Source of the DNA: Isurus oxyrinchus
Lineage: Eukaryota
Length of the DNA: 64,000 nt
Direction: 5' to 3'
Assembly (NCBI GenBank): GCA_026770705.1
Contig: JANJGN010000019.1
Coordinates: forward strand, 37,076,001 to 37,140,000
Notes under the pieces: generated by a model
Told to the model about the DNA's origin: nothing
The model's input: the letters and a program-made list of their open reading frames with translations, nothing else
Database searches by the model: none
Position numbers and translations under genes: made by a program
In this document: positions 25,847 to 37,080 of the stretch, one piece after another
Layout: each line of letters opens with the position of its first letter
Position numbering within the stretch: the stretch's first letter is position 1

Positions 25847-27391
25847 TGTTATAATAAGCCTTTAAGGGAGATCAGCATGACATCACTTGAAAGAAAATGT
25901 GTCATGTGGTCCAGTCCTAGTTTCACTTTTGCCTTGAGCAGAGCACACACACAGCTCTGATGCCTTCAAGCTTTATATCTATGTATAATTTCTCATGTGC
26001 CTAATCTTAATAAATGAACCCACAGCATGTTTACGCAATCCCTTCTGAGCAATTAGTGCCTTGTGTCTCGTACAGTAAATAAACTCAAGGTCTTATATCA
26101 TTATAATAACATGACATGGTGATCAGCGGTGGTAAGACAGGTGGCAGCAAGATTAAGTACAGCCACGACATGGTGAACAGCCTTGAATTGTGCCACATGG
26201 CATGAGATACCCCTTGATATTTTGGTCAAACCACAACAAAGTTGCAGTATCGGAGAATGTTGAAAACACAGCATGGTGACTGCAAAGAGAAGCCTTGCAG
26301 ACACAGCGCCGAGCTAGTGCTCAAAGAAACATCTGGTAAGCAGATGGATTAGCGCGTGGTGAGATTGCAGCGCATAGTCTGTCAGTTTCATGAGTGGGAT
26401 AGCATGACAAGAGGACCAGCACCAGGTTAACTCAGTCAGAAAAGGCGAGTAACCATGGTGTGGGCCAGATCAATAGCGAGCAAGGGGGAGTCAAACAAAA
26501 AAATGTGATAAAAATGGGGCTAGAGAAGGCTGCGATTATAATACACAGCCCCAGGGATTGCTGAACAATAAATTGAATAAAAGGCAAAGACGCCATTTAC
26601 TCCGTGGTCCATTCCACCCACAACTCATCTTCATGGGCGGAGCTTTGGATAAGCACATGAAAGCAGCTACAGCAACACTCATCCCAAGTAATACAGAAGA
26701 AGGAAGGTCAATGGGATATTGTCAGAATGTCCACAAAATTCCCCTGTTTGAATTGGGGTGCAGCTAAACTACTATCTGAATTTGAAATGTTTAAACAGTA
26801 TACAGAGCTATGGATTCTTTATTCAAGTATATCTGAACCAGACAAGCAAGCCATAAAAATTCACGTGCCAATTGGCAATGAAGGTCTACCTGGCAAAACA
26901 CAACAGGATTAACAGAAGAAGAGCTAAAGGATCCCCCAAAAGATCTGGACTGCTTTGGAAGACTGGTTCAGGATCAGGTTAAACTTCCATATTCATCAAC
27001 TAGAGTTCATGTAATTCTGAAAACAGCCTACAGAATCCAAAGACCACTTCATCAGCAGATACAGAGAAAAGGGTACGTACTGTGATTTTCAGCCAGGTAA
27101 TCATTCTGTGGTTCCCAAGCATCAAATAGAAGTTATTTTACTCCAATCAGTTCACTGGAATGATCTCAGCCCTCTCGCAGTCTACCACCCTTCACAAAGC
27201 AAAACTTAAAAGATCCATTGGGTCTTAAATGGGGTTCACTTGAGCATATATAAAGAGATACTTGTAAAACTGGGATGTGGTTCAATTAGGAGATATATGG
27301 TTGTAATGTTGCACTCTGTAAATAAATGTAAGACTGAGTAAACATTGACTCCAGTGCCATCCTTCACCAACTGGCTTTCCAGAATAGAACA
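25847..27391 (+). mobile_element. Decayed LTR retroelement: LTR, PBS, gag remnant and a distal LTR-like segment
   Basis: LTR-like TGTTATAAT...ATTATAATAACA (25847-26111) with AATAAA. PBS-like TGGTGATCAGCGG at 26117. ORF 26727..26912 (FPCLNWGAAKLLSEFEMFKQYTELW...IGNEGL) is gag-like. The segment ends ...AGAATAGAACA at 27391. Confidence 0.6.
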
Positions 27392-27394
27392 GGC

Positions 27395-28075
27395 AGCAGA
27401 GCCCTAACTTTGTGACCAAATGGGGAGTGGGGGTGGCTCAACTGGGCACTTGCTGGTGCAGCTTTCCAGGAGGTTGCCTCCTAATCTGCTGCCTCCCTGT
27501 TTGCCTTCCTATTAAGGATGACAGGCAGGTTCCTAAACTGAGGGGCCCAATTAGAGGGCAAGCAATACAGGTCGGCCAGCAGTTCTGCCAGGAGAGGTGC
27601 TGAGGCAGAAAGGCAAATGCGAGGGCTCCTCAACAAGGACAGCATCTGAAAATTTCAGAATAAAGAGGGCCACAGCTGGCAGGGCCTTCAGTTTGGAGAG
27701 GGTACCCATCCACAGGATTGATTTTGGCCACAACTGCGGCCTTTTAGCCTGGCTGCCCCAGCCCAAGGGCACGGAGCCTCTGGTTCTAATGATCTCCTCG
27801 CCTGCCACCAGGAGGCCACCACCAAGGAACTGCCAACCCTGCACTCAGTGGGGGGTGGGGGTGCACTCAAATGGCGGAAACTGCTGTTGCTTTCAGAAAA
27901 TTACCTCTAAGTGGGGCCTTAATTTGTTTAATTGGCTTCCACCTTCCGTGGAGGTGGGCGATTTTGTTCTCAGTCATCCCCTGAGAAATTCTCCTGGAGG
28001 TGGAAAGGCGTTTGGGAGCCATCCCAACATGGCTTCACCCAGTCCCCAACTCTGCAGCGCCAGGAAAATTCTCCC
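27395..28075. mobile_element. Harbinger-type non-autonomous element (MITE)
   Basis: GC-rich with CCAATTA/TTAATTGG motifs. Ends GGAAAATTCTCCC, the reverse complement of the family TIR. Confidence 0.6.
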
Positions 28076-28172
28076 TTTAACTTATGCCTCCTCAGGTGGG
28101 AAAACAATAAGTATGATATGAGACCAATTTTTCGATAGTGATGATGGCAAAACTGTCAGTGCACACTGTCAT

Positions 28173-28840
28173 GGGCAGGATTTTCCCTGTGGGCTTCTGA
28201 ACCTGACCATCAGGATCAAATGGGAGCAACAGTACCTCAGAGTGGGAAACAGTCGCCCAATGTGGTTTTCCCTGGAGCGGCCAATTAATGGGCAGAGGGT
28301 GAGATCACCATCCCAATTCAGGATGGCATGCGGGCTCTCAAAGCTGGAGGGGCAATCAGAGCCCTCCCAGCTTGAAAGTGGCAGCATGATGCCCATGAGA
28401 GGTAAGTGAGAGAGAGAGGGGGCATTTCAAAATGGAGGTGCCCTCACTCCACTTTATTAGTTGAAGAAATAAATAGATTCAGCAGCCTGGCCATGATTAT
28501 GGTGGAGGGGAGGGGGAATACCTCCATAACATGGCCTGGGGCAGCTGCTGAACCCAGGCTGGCAAGTAAGGAATCTAAGCCTGGCTGGAGCGTTTCCCCA
28601 CTCCTCAACCACTGTCTGCCAACAGGGGGTCTCCTCCAGGCAATTAATATGTCCCTTGCTACCTCTGGAACCTGGAGGCCTACTGGAAATTCCCAATTAA
28701 CCTCCAACAATTGGTTTTAAGTAGCCATTGATCAACTGAAACGGCTTCCTGACACTTGCAAGCAGGTATCCCAACCCCACCCCCCCCACCTCCACCAACA
28801 ATCCTGCCTCAAGGGAAATGTCCCAGGGCCAAAATGGAGT
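28173..28840. mobile_element. Harbinger-type non-autonomous element (MITE)
   Basis: Begins GGGCAGGATTTTCCC (compare TIR GGGCAGAATTTTCCC at 52889). Internal CCAATTAA motifs. Confidence 0.65.
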
Positions 28841-28847
28841 CAGGGTG

Positions 28848-29125
28848 AGATGAAGATTCTGAAGGGGTTTGATGGGTTAGAGACATTGTTTCACCTGGCT
28901 GGGGAATCTAGAACAAGGGCACAGTCTCAGAATAAGGGACTGATCATTTAGGACGGAGATGAGAAGAAATTTCTTTAATTAAGGCATTGTGAATCTTTGG
29001 AATTCTCTATCCCAAATGGCTGCGGATACTCTATTGTTGAATATATGTAAGGCTAAGATAGGTAACTATTTGGTCTCTTAGAGAATCAATGGATTATGGG
29101 GAGCAGGCAAAAAAGTGGACTTTGG
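28848..29125 (+). mobile_element. CR1 3' fragment
   Basis: KILKGFD...GHSLRIR...EMRRNFF...VNLWNSL. Confidence 0.8.
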
Positions 29126-29219
29126 GAAACAGGAGCCAGGCCTGTTGTGGGGTTATTCTGTAAGGGAACAGAAAATTTTCTTACCTGCATTGAAGAGAAA
29201 CATAGAAATTAATGCCTAG

Positions 29220-31400
29220 CTTATCACCTAGCAAATACTTCTGAAAAATCCTCTTCACAACCGGTACACTTCTTTCAGCAGCACCATTCGAGACTTTGCT
29301 CAGAAATATTTCAAACTCTTCTGGTGTAAACTATGGACCATTATCTGACACCAATACCTCTGAAAACCCATAAGTTGCAAACCAACTTCTCAAATCCTTA
29401 ATGGTTTTGCCACGTGTGGTATTGGACATAGACTCAATATTGCTGTAGCTATTGACCAAAAGGTACTCTTTCCTTTCTATTTCAAAGAAATTGACATGTA
29501 CTCATCTCATAGTTTTCTTGTGTTTGACCATGGCATGAAAGGAACCTTGGCTGGATCATTTCTCAATCTGAGACACACTTCACTACTTTTCACCTTCTTA
29601 ATTGTCCCTATTCTTTCTAATCTATCCAGCTGTTTACTTTCTACTTCTAACTGTGCATTGTCCTTTATCATGACTTCAGCATTGTGATGCCTAATTTTGT
29701 CATTTGGTCCTCCTTGCTTGAAGACCACATTGTTCTCTCTTAGCATTTCCTCAATGTCAGAGGTACCCTACTGTAAATTACTCAGCCCAGTTTAACATAT
29801 CTTCTTAAACCAATTTCTTCCCATCGGGGTGATTTTGTTCCCTCCTGCCAGTACCAATGGATGTATCATCATATTCCATTTTAACACTAATTTGATCTAA
29901 CACGGAATGCTGGTATTGAAATAGTCAGTTTCACACCAGTTTTGTGTAAAGGAATTTGACTTAGGGATTTCTTGTACTGTCCTGAAATAACAGACACTGC
30001 TGCAGCTGTATCAATGATGAAAGTAAATAGTGAATTTCGACTTTCATTTCTACTGTGGGTGCTACAATTTTGTCTATAACCCTATTAATCTCATCATCCA
30101 TGTGTTTTTTTTTGCTCTCTGACTGAGTACAACTCTTAATCTTCCTGCTCGGTAACATCAACTTCTGTTTCTGTATCTGTTGTAGGTGCATTCAAGGATG
30201 TCCAGGCTCCTGAGCTAGCTTTAAACCTACCACAACCTCAACCTGGTACATCACTGCAATCTGGTGCTTGACTGTGATCAGGAGCTTTACTGTAACCTGG
30301 AACATTACTGTTTCCTCTACTCCTGCACGCCACCTGGGTATGACTGAATTTCCCACTTTGACTGTAAATAGGTGCATTTAGATGGTTGAGGGCTACCATG
30401 GCAATTGTAACATCTAAATTTCTGACTCTGAGGCTGCGAACTTGGCTGCCGTAGCCTGAATCTTGCTGAAGTCTGGTGGACATCCCTCTTTGGCTCAGGT
30501 GAAGAACAGCCTTGCAATTTACAACTACCCAGAAGAAAAAAACAGTAAAAACTGGGAAGTAAGACTGCTGGTCCAAACTGTTTTTTGTCTTCTGGGTATC
30601 TCTTTCTGTCATTTCCAAGGCTGTGGCCCATACTGCAGGCCTCCTTCCACATCAGCTTGCCCTGGAATTTATTGCTCTCTAGGCCTCCTTCAAAAGTTTC
30701 TCTAAGGTTAATTTTTTAGTTCACACCATGCCCACAGTGGCAAGAGGGAGTTTCTTCAACTCAAGAATGTAATCTGAAACCATTCATTTCAGCACTGTCC
30801 ATAGCACTGGGGTCCCTCAGACAATACTGGTTAGACACCACATCAAAAGCACCCAGCCTCATCATGGTGAGGAAAACATTCACTTTATCCTCATCCCATA
30901 TTATATTCACTGTCAGTCAAATATATAACCTTCATTCATAAGTGCACCAGCCCTTTTTGTTAGGATTGAAGCCTCCCATTCTCCCCTAATATGCCTTCAG
31001 TGCCATTTCTCCCCTTCAATTATGTACTGTGCTAACTCACTGAGCTGTACCTGAACACCAGAAATATACACCAAGCAATCTTTCAAACCACTCAAATTCA
31101 ATTTTAGAATCATAAAAAGAGTGTTACAATGTTCTTCAGTCCTTAATTTCTCAAATGAAAGGAATTCCATTCGATTCTTGTCATCTGTCGGTTGTGTATT
31201 CCACTGGGAAAAGACTCGCAAATGTTCAATTGCAAACAGCCATTGTTGAACTAACTTTATTTACACCTCTCCAACAGAAACAGAGAGTGCAGCAGAGTGG
31301 CAGCTGTAATATACTACACAAGTTATCTGAAATATTTCCCTGTTCAATTGACAACAGTTAATTATACCTCAGTCCCATTGAATCAGTCACCGTATAGCAA
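29220..31400 (-). mobile_element. Decayed Gypsy LTR retrotransposon (gag, protease region, integrase core; heavily deleted)
   Basis: Minus strand ~29280-29400 reads RSWFATYGFSEVLVSDNGP*FT..EFEIFL..SNGAAERSV (integrase). A gag knuckle remnant FRCYNCHG is in ORF 30317..30652. A gag N-terminus-like stretch (DEDKVNVFLTMM) lies at ~30800-30980, with a possible LTR at ~31223-31400. Confidence 0.8.
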
Positions 31401-31531
31401 CATAAATCTAATCACTTTCATTCAGCACTTCTTCAGTTAACTGCAGCTGCAGTCAGTCACTCTTTCATTTAGGTCAGATCAGGCCTTGGTTTCAAGATTT
31501 TGCATGCATCTACACTCAGATGTATAGTAAC

Positions 31532-34376
31532 AGTGCAGAGAAGGTTAGCCATTCAGTACAGGAAGAGGATGAATGCTCTCACCCGTTCCACCAGGGTAAG
31601 TCAATCACCTCATCACTCTCAACTTACACACTCACAAACCCATCACACATCCAAAGAGATCTCACGCCTTAAGGGACAACACCACTAACTCTCACACACA
31701 CCCTCAGATGTCCATCAGGCCCATATCCTTTAGAACTCACGTCCTCAACCCATCCATGCCTCCGCTCACCACACAAACATTCCACGCAGTGCCACGCGTC
31801 CTGCTCACACTCTCTCCATATATTTTCATGCAGGAGAAGTTGGCTCACAGAAGCAGGGAGAGGTCCAGATGGGAGTGGAGTGGCCCACATTAGGCCCCTC
31901 ATTCACTTTAAGGAGCACACTGACTGGTGAGGACGTGGACCACACCTGCGGTGATGGTGAGGGACACCACCACCTCCAAGAACCTCGCCATGCTGACTTG
32001 GAAATACCTTTACTGTCGCTGCGTCAAAATCCTGGAACTCCCTCCCTAACATCACTATGGGTGTACCTACACCACGTGGACTGCAGCGGTTCAGGAAGGC
32101 AGCTCACCACCACCTTCTCAAGGACAATTAAAGATGAGAAATAAAAGCTGGCCTAGCCAGAGACGCCCATACTCCGTAAATGCATATTAAAAGCTTGGCG
32201 ACGAACACCCGGCACCACATCACCCCTCTCTCAACACAACTGTGAATGCTCTCTCTCCTGCTTTTGACTCTGCTGCCATGCACTAATTATCTCTACCTTG
32301 GTTCACAGGGACCTCTGCCAAGTGAACAACACCTTCAGCCAGCCAGTCCCTCAACTCCATCCTCAACACCGTCCTCACCTCCAGCTAAGGGGACACCTCC
32401 TCCACTGAAGAGCTGGAAATAAGCAGCCTGGAAGACCCATCACAGCACTTACCCACACCCTCCACCAATGTAGATACACAAACCTCAGTGGGACCTAGAT
32501 CTAGAGCAGGTTCACAATCTGGTGGTCACCGCACGGACACATGTCCGCAGCTGGAGGACGCTGGTTCAGCCGAGCTCCCTGGCACTCAGAGGACTGCTGG
32601 GGAAAAGGCATCTGTGAGATCTGAGTCAGATGACAAGACTCTAGATTAAGCTTTCCAACTCATTGTGGAGAATTAACTGAAGGCGAGTAAACAAAATGCA
32701 GAGCCATTGGAAGCTCTCAACAGAGTGGCACATGAGTCGGAGGAGTGTGTCCGCCTGCTCTCTGATGAAGTGTTGCCTACTTGTGCTCGCATGAAGGTCT
32801 CCATGGGGAGGATGGCAGAAGCCATGAAGACCCTGGTCCAGCACAAAGCGGAGATGCGTGCAGACCTGCACTCCATGGCGGTAGCCATGGGTGAGTTCCT
32901 GCAGTGGCAACGTGAGAGGGAAATAGGGCACCTCGACATTCCTCCAGGTGCTCCTTCCCTTCAAAGAGTCAGGCCAGGGCCTCCGGGCACCCGAAGGGAG
33001 GAAGAGTGGCAGCTGGACAACCCTGGGTCATCCTTTCAGGAATCTCAAAGCCTGCCCAGGTGAACGTATACATTCCCTACCCTCCTGAGAATCCCATCCC
33101 CATCCACACTGACCTCACCTGACCTACTTCCACCCTCAGGGTCCGTATCTTTGAGACCCCACCAACCACCCTCACCATCCCTTCTACTGCTACCAACACA
33201 CCCTCACCCTCCCATCCTTCTGGCTCCCTCTGCCCCATCTCATACTAACCATCCCTTCCCACCACGACCACCCTTATTCCACTCCCCAGGAGGTAGTCAT
33301 TGACTCCACAGACCCCTCCCTTGCATGTTCACCTGGACATCCACTGCCCACCCGCACCCCCCCCCCAACCCCCACCCACCCCCGCCACCCCCTTCCCGGC
33401 CTTACTGTCTCCTCCACCCTTACTCCTTCCTCCACCTTTATTCCCTCCTCTCCCAAACACCTTCCCTCCTCCAAACTACCTCCCCCCCCACCCACCATCC
33501 CGCCAGATACCTTGCTCCCCACGGAGGGTCTCTCCTCTCCGAACTAATTCCTTCCAGCCAGACATCTTCCCCCCTCCAAACCCCCTCTCTTACACCTTCC
33601 TTCCCCTTACTGCATTGCCACCTGCTACACCCTCCTCCCCCACTCCCAACCTCACCCCCCCAAACACCTTCATCCCCACCCCAGCAACCTTACCCCCTGA
33701 CACATTCAATGCCCAGCCTCGCCCCCACTCCCAGCATCTTCCACTCCTCTTCGCAAGTCCTTCCACTGCATCTGTCCAACTAGCAATTTAGCTGCACACA
33801 GTCGGACCATGAGTGATACTGGAGGGAGAAGTGTGTGTGTGTGTGTGGCAGGGTCTTTCAGAGCCTAGGCCTTTGTCTCCCCGCCTCACCGATCATCCAT
33901 ACAGCCCATGGCCAAGACGGTGATGTTCCGAAGCAGACCCGAAGCATCAACAGAGACCACCCATCTCTCACAAGCTGCTTTGTGGTGGACCCATGTCCAT
34001 GAGAATCCACCCAACATGCGATGCACATGTTCCTCCAGGGTCCAGTGGATGTAGGGCTCCAGCATCTTCTCCACAATCTGAGCAAGGCCCTAATAGTAAG
34101 TCCTGACTTCTGGGCATCACGCTTGTCCAGACATGTTCTGGGCCCGCGTAACTGTAAATCGGGCATGGGGTGATGATTCCGGTCATGCCTTACTTTGTAT
34201 CCCTTTACTGGGATGTAAATTGGCTTCATGCTAGCCTCCAGTGGGATTCACAGTCCATATGATGCTGGTGTGAAACTGACTGCTGCCCCTCCCGCGGATT
34301 TGGTCCCCCCCCACACCCCCCCACCCCGCCCCCACGCCATGACACCCACCACCAACAGGACCAGATAATTCCCCCC
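31532..34376 (+). mobile_element. Second Harbinger-ended element with Myb gene and no transposase (copy B), left-truncated
   Basis: Myb exon 1 end QYRKRMNALTRSTR with donor 31596 and acceptor 31832-33. Introns and exon 3 are colinear with copy A (ORF 32707..33063). It has a C-rich tract and ends GATAATTCCCCCC. Confidence 0.8.
31962..32192 (+). mobile_element. Family-B LINE 3' tail inserted in Myb exon 2
   Basis: Matches 16670-16915. The host sequence GGTGAG|(G)TTGGCG is continuous in copy A. Confidence 0.85.
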
Positions 34377-34519
34377 TGTGACTTTGCTGCTTTGCTGCAA
34401 CATTAAACAGCACAAAAAATGTACTCCCTTGCCACTGATTACATCCCTTCTTCCATTCTTTCAGATTCAGTGAGACTTTTAAAGATCTTGCATGTTTTTA
34501 ATCACAAACTCCACCTATT

Positions 34520-35010
34520 TCCAGCCCTACCTCCATAATATTACCCGATTCCACTCAGTTTGCTGAATTGCTGAAACTCTTAAACATGCTTTTGTCACCT
34601 CCAGATTCATCTAAATGTCCTTCTTGCTGGTTTTGAATTCTTCGTCCTGAATTAATTTTGACTAGTTCAAAACTCTACGGTACACATCACGATTATCACC
34701 TTGATCTGTAATGCTTGTCGACGTGCATACATTTTCCTGGAATCTACTCCAGCTCCACCCCCCCCCCCCCCCCCCCCCCGCCTCCCCTCACTGTTCCTAC
34801 TCTCTGGAATTCGCTCTCTAAACCTCTCTGCCTTTCTAACTCTCTGTCTTTAAAAAAAAAACCCTGAGAAACCATTTCTTTGCCAAAGCTTTATGTCAAT
34901 TTCTCCTTTCCTTACTCAATATCCATTTTCCAGACTCCAATCTATGAAGCGTCATTGAAATTTCTTGCAGGTTGAAGGCCTTTGTTAAAGTTAAATTGCT
35001 GTTGTAGTTG
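34520..35010 (+). mobile_element. L2 LINE 3' end, degenerate
   Basis: AETLKHAFVTSR-like motif, CTCTGGAAT...CTCTAAACCTCTC and a tail ending in GTTGTAGTTG. Confidence 0.7.
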
Positions 35011-35739
35011 TCGGTATTGATGTCAGTGCATGCAAGGGCAGTGTCCTTTTAAGACTCTAGCAGACCACAAAATGTGAATATATTTTCTTTGGTCTCACAA
35101 GTGCTTGAACAAGTATTCAACCTGTTCTCTCATGGTCCACTGGAGATTTTTGCCATATGCCTGAGTAATCAAGCAAACAAAAGAGCAGAAAGCACCTATC
35201 AAAAGATGAGATTTCCAGGCTCATTGTGACTAAGCAAGCATTACCATTTATGAATTCATCACTTATGAATCTCAAAACAAGGCAAAGGTGCTGAAATAAA
35301 TTCACAAACTACAGATAGCAACAGTGAAGGAACGTGTTCCAACAGGTCACCAAATGAGATCTCATCATGAGCATTACGTATCTACCACAACCCAGCTGTG
35401 CTGTCCATGAGGAATCTAAACACTAAGTGATGAGGCTGTTTCAGAAAAAGACTGAGGACAGCTGGATTCAATGGTTGCCAAGATGTTGCATTGTTACTAT
35501 GACAACTGCTGTACTGACAGCTTGGCATCCGCTAATACTATTATGAGCATTAAATTTCCATCACATTATCCTTAAAGAAACAGCATTCTTAAATCAAACA
35601 GGTGGAACATTCATTAACACTTAGAAACAATAATAATTCCAATGCAGGATCCATTTTTGGCTGTGTCAGAGAGTAAAAGAATGACTATTGTTAGAATCAA
35701 CTGACTTATAAAAATGTAACTTCAAAGCAGGAGATCAAT

Positions 35740-35941
35740 AACTATTTTCTTTTCTTTATTCTTTGATGGGATGTGGATGTTTCTGACAAAGCCAGCATTT
35801 GTTACCTCAACTCTAATTGCACTGAGTGGCTTGCTAGGTCAATGCAGAGGGCAGCTAATAGTCAACCACATTGATATGGGTCTGGACTCACATGTAGGCC
35901 AGACCAGGTTAGGATGGCAGATTTCCTTTCCTAAAGTACAT
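35740..35941 (-). mobile_element. tRNA-headed SINE, 3' half (5' half at 39259-39460)
   Basis: The tail shares sequence with the family-B LINE tail. The body continues after the LTR element at GACATCAGTGAACCAGAT. Confidence 0.75.
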
Positions 35942-36075
35942 TGTTGGGAGGGTGTTGGCTACAGAAGGGTATATCATAAAGAAGTCTCTGTAGGTTAACT
36001 AAGTCTTTATTAACTACTGGAACAATTTACACATGTACAGTAAAAGAGTACAAGCTAGGAGCTGTCTCCATGATT

Positions 36076-36760
36076 GGGGCAGAATCTTCTGCCTGTCGGG
36101 CAGACCGGTCGGGAGCGGGTGCAGGAGGGCGCAGAGCCAATTGCCACCCGCGATAGGCTGCGCACCATTTTACGTGGCCCTTAATTGGCCCACCCAGGTT
36201 GACGCGCATAGTGCTACCTGGGCAGGCGGGGGGAGGAGGGAGAGTTGGGGCCTGGGCTCTTTGGCACATGCGCGCAAAAGAGCACAGAAATCTCACTAAG
36301 GCACGGAACTGCCGCGGGGAGATTAAGTTCAAAATGAAACTTCAAAATAAAGAAAGTTGAAAATCATTTACACATGTCCCCTCATGTGACAGTATCACAT
36401 GAGCTGGGACATGCTTATGAAATGTTCGAAAAATATTTATTAACTTAATAAACCCTTCATGAAACCTCACCCCGCCTGTGGATGAGGTTTCATGCAAAAT
36501 GCGAAAGCCGCCTGGGCTCTTTGCCTATCCACCAACCTTAAGGTTGGACAGGCAGCCGTGTAAATTTGGTTAATTGGTTTATTAATGGCTTTAACAGGGC
36601 TTTGACAGTTCAGCAGAAGCGCAGCCGACTCCGATGCTCTCGCCCGCCGAACGAAAGATCGGAATGACGTGCGGTGATGTCATAACGCACGCCCGACATC
36701 ACCGTGCGTCATTTTACACGTCAGCGTGCTGGGCCAGTCTGAAGACCTTATAATCCTTCC
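36076..36760. mobile_element. Harbinger-type MITE inserted in the 3' LTR
   Basis: Starts GGGGCAGAATCTTC, is CpG-rich with TTAATTGG motifs, and interrupts LTR homology at CTCCATG. Confidence 0.75.
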
Positions 36761-37019
36761 ATATCTCATACATAGATCTGTCGGAGGAGTGGTAGGCTGT
36801 CGATGCTTGTTCTTCCTATTGGCCTGGAGACTGAGCTGGCATCTGGGTGTGTTTTCATTCCTTTTTTCCATTCCTTTGTGTTGAGGGTTTTCTGGGATCT
36901 GTAATGAGAATGGACAAACCTGCTTTGCAAAGAGAGAAGACAGTTCAGAGCTGAAGTCCCAGTCAGGATACTCTTTTTTTTACTTGGGGCTGTGCAGTTC
37001 AGTTCAGCTACGGTGTTAT

Positions 37020-37080
37020 TCAATGGCGAAGCAGGCTCGAGGAGTCACGTGGCCTACTCCTGCCCCTAATTCATACGCAG
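37020..37080 (+). mobile_element. Minimal CR1 tail inside the LTR element
   Basis: AATGGCGAAGCAGGCTCGAGG...TGGCCTACTCCTGCCCCTAATTC matches the tail at 7880-7935. Confidence 0.7.

Noticed and set aside
27597-28121. 174-aa ORF
   Set aside because: Lies within a GC-rich MITE, has no motif and is likely a chance ORF.
33300-33791. Pro-rich plus-strand ORFs of 152-163 aa
   Set aside because: Same compositional artefact in the homologous C-rich tract.
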